NCBI GenBank assembly: GCA_965204375.1
Contig: OZ241986.1
Span: 2,336,001 to 2,400,000, forward strand
Source of the DNA: Candidatus Latescibacterota bacterium
GTDB lineage: Bacteria > Latescibacterota > UBA2968
Length of the DNA stretch: 64,000 nt
Direction of reading: 5' to 3'
How positions within the stretch are numbered: the stretch's first letter is position 1; each line of letters starts with the position of its first letter. Of the stretch, positions 27,501-30,500 are shown one piece after another. Made by a program: the position numbers and the translations under genes. The notes beneath the pieces are model-generated. The model did no database searches and was not told the DNA's origin. It saw only the letters and a list, made by a program, of their open reading frames with translations.

Positions 27501-30500
27501 AACTCACCGTCACGGCCTCACTACTCGCTACACTCAAACTCACCGTGAACGTCAGCGTACCGGCGTCCTCAACAGCACTCCCATTTTCTATACTCAGCAC
27601 GGGCACTATTGTCTCACTGATGCTCACCACCACGCTCTCAGCCATCTCACCACTATAGTCACCTGTGCTACTGACACTGTGCGTAATCGTCACTTGATCA
27701 TCCACCACGGCATCATCGTCCGTAGCCGCGCTCACCGTCACGGTCTGTGCGGTGTTCCAGTTATCCCCTGTAAATGTCAGACTCGCCGGACTCGCCGACA
27801 CATCCGTCCCTGTCGGCACGCTCACTCCAACTGTCACAGACGCTGTCGGCTCAGAGGTCAGCTTCAGTGTGTAGGTCTGCGTGCTCCCCTCATCCACCGT
27901 CAGACTGGTCGGAGCAACCAACACATTAGGCGTCTCGTCATCCGTTACAGATACCGCCACCTGATCCGCTGTGGTTACAGAACCATAACCACTTACCTCA
28001 TGGCTGATCGTCGCACTGCCATTCTCTGCATCATCGTCCTGAACCCCACTCACTGTTACCGTCTGTGCCTCATGCCAGTTGTCCGCTGTAAACGTCACAG
28101 ACATTGGGGACACTGTCGCAACACTTATCGCACCACTGCTCACCGTTACCGTCACATCGCCATCAGGCTGGCTGCTCAGCTTCAGCGTGTATGTACCAGT
28201 GTTGCCCTCACTCACCGTCAGACTCGTCGGAGCAACCAACACACCCGCCATGTCGTCATCCGTAATCGTCAACTCTATACCCGTCACTGTCAGACCCGAC
28301 GTGCTACCACTCACAGAAACTGTCTCATTCCCCTCCGAAACCGAATCATCCATTGGCGTCAGCGTGAACGTTCCTGTCCCACTCGTCTGACCCGCAGGAA
28401 TCGTCACACTGAAGTCATTCACCGCTCCGTAGTCCTCCGGCGAAGTCGCTGTCCCATCACCCACGCTCACCGTCACTGTCGTGCTCCCATTCAGTGTCGT
28501 ACTTCCATCTATCGTCGCTGTCACGGAAACCGTCGTTGCGCCATCACCCTCACCAACCACCGCAGGTGACAAAGACAGACGAACACCCGTCGGTGCTGCA
28601 TCGTCATCCGTGATTGTCCCGGTCGCTTCAAGCGTCGTCGCGCCACCTGAAAGCGTCGCATTCACCGCATTGCTCAGCCTCACCTTAAATGTCTCGTTAC
28701 CCTCAGCTATATTATCATCACTGATCGTCACACTCACGGTCTTGCTCAACGCATCCCCAGCACTGAACGTCACGCGACCATCCGTCACTGCTGTATAGTC
28801 CTTGCCTGCCTCTGCTGTTCCATCCTCAGTCGCCCATGTCACTGTCACTGCCTCTCTACTCGCCACACTCAAACCCACCGTGAACGTCAGCGTACCGGCG
28901 TCCTCAACAGCACTCCCATTTTCTATATTCAGCACGGGCACGGTTGTCTCACTGATGCTCACCACCACGCTCTCAGCCATCTCACCACTATAGTCACCTG
29001 TGCTACTGACACTGTGCGTAATCGTCACCTGATCATCCACCACGGCATCATCGTCCGTAGCCGCACGCACCGTCACCGTCTGTGCCTCGTTCCAATTATC
29101 TGCTGTGAATGTCAGACTCGTCGGACTTGCCGACACATCTGTCCCTGTCGGCACTGTCACTTCAACTGTCACAGACGCTGTCGGCTCAGAGTTCAGTTTC
29201 ACAGTGTATATGCCAGTGTTCCCCTCATCCACCGTCAGGCTGGTCGGAACAACCAAAACGCCAAGCGCCTCGTCATCCGTTACAGATACCGCCACCTGAT
29301 CCGCTGTGGTTACAGAACCATAACCACTTACCTCATGGCTGATCGTCGCACTGCCATTCTCTGCATCATCGTCCTGAACCCCACTCACTGTTACCGTCTG
29401 TGCCTCATGCCAGTTGTCCGCTGTAAACGTCACAGAACCTGGGGATATTGTCGCAACATCTATCGCACCACTGCTCACCGTTACCGTCACATCGCCACCC
29501 GGCTGACTGCTCAGTTTCAAGGTGTAGGTCTGCGTTGCACCCTCATCCACCGTCAGGTTGGTCGGATTGACAACCACACCAGTCGTCTCGTCATCGGTGA
29601 CAGATACCGCCACAGGATCCGCTGTGGTCACGCTGCCATAACCACTCACCTCATGACTGATCGTAGCACTGCCATTATCCGCATCATCGTCCTGAACGCC
29701 AGCCACTGTCACCGTCTGCGCATCCTTCCAATTGTCCGGCGTGAATGTCAAAGACTCTGGGGATACTGTGGCTACACTTGCAGCACCACTACTCGCACGC
29801 ACCGTCACATCGCCACCTGGCTGACTGCTCAGTTTCAACGTGTACGTACCAGTGCTCCCCTCACCCACCGTCAAGCTGGTCGGAGCAACCAACACACCTG
29901 CCATGTCGTCATCCGTAATCATCAGCGATGTTCCATTCACCGTCAGACCTGACGTGCTACCACTCACCGAAACTGTCTCATTCTCCTCCGAAACCGAATC
30001 ATCACTCGGACTAATCGTAAACGTACCGCTACCACTTGACGAATTAGCTGCTATCGTCACCGTCACATCAGACACTGTGCCATAGTCTGTACCCTCCGTC
30101 GCACTGTCGCCCACATCACCCACAGACACCGTTACCGTCGTCGCGCCTACCAGTGTCGTACTTCCATCTATCGTCGCTGTCACGGAAACCGTCGTTGCGC
30201 CATCACCCTCACCAACCATATCAGGAGACACAGACAGACGAACACCCGTCGGTGCTGCATCGTCATCCGTGATTGTCCCGGTCGCTTCAAGCGTTGTCTC
30301 ACCACCGCTCAGCGTCGCATTCACTGCATTACTCAGCCTCACCTTAAATGTCTCGTTACCCTCAGCTATATTATCATCACTGATCGTCACACTCACGGTC
30401 TTGCTCAACGCATCCCCAGCACTAAACGTCACGCGACCATCCGTCACTGCTGTATAGTCCTTGCCTGCCTCTGCTGTTCCATCCGCTGTCACCCAACTCA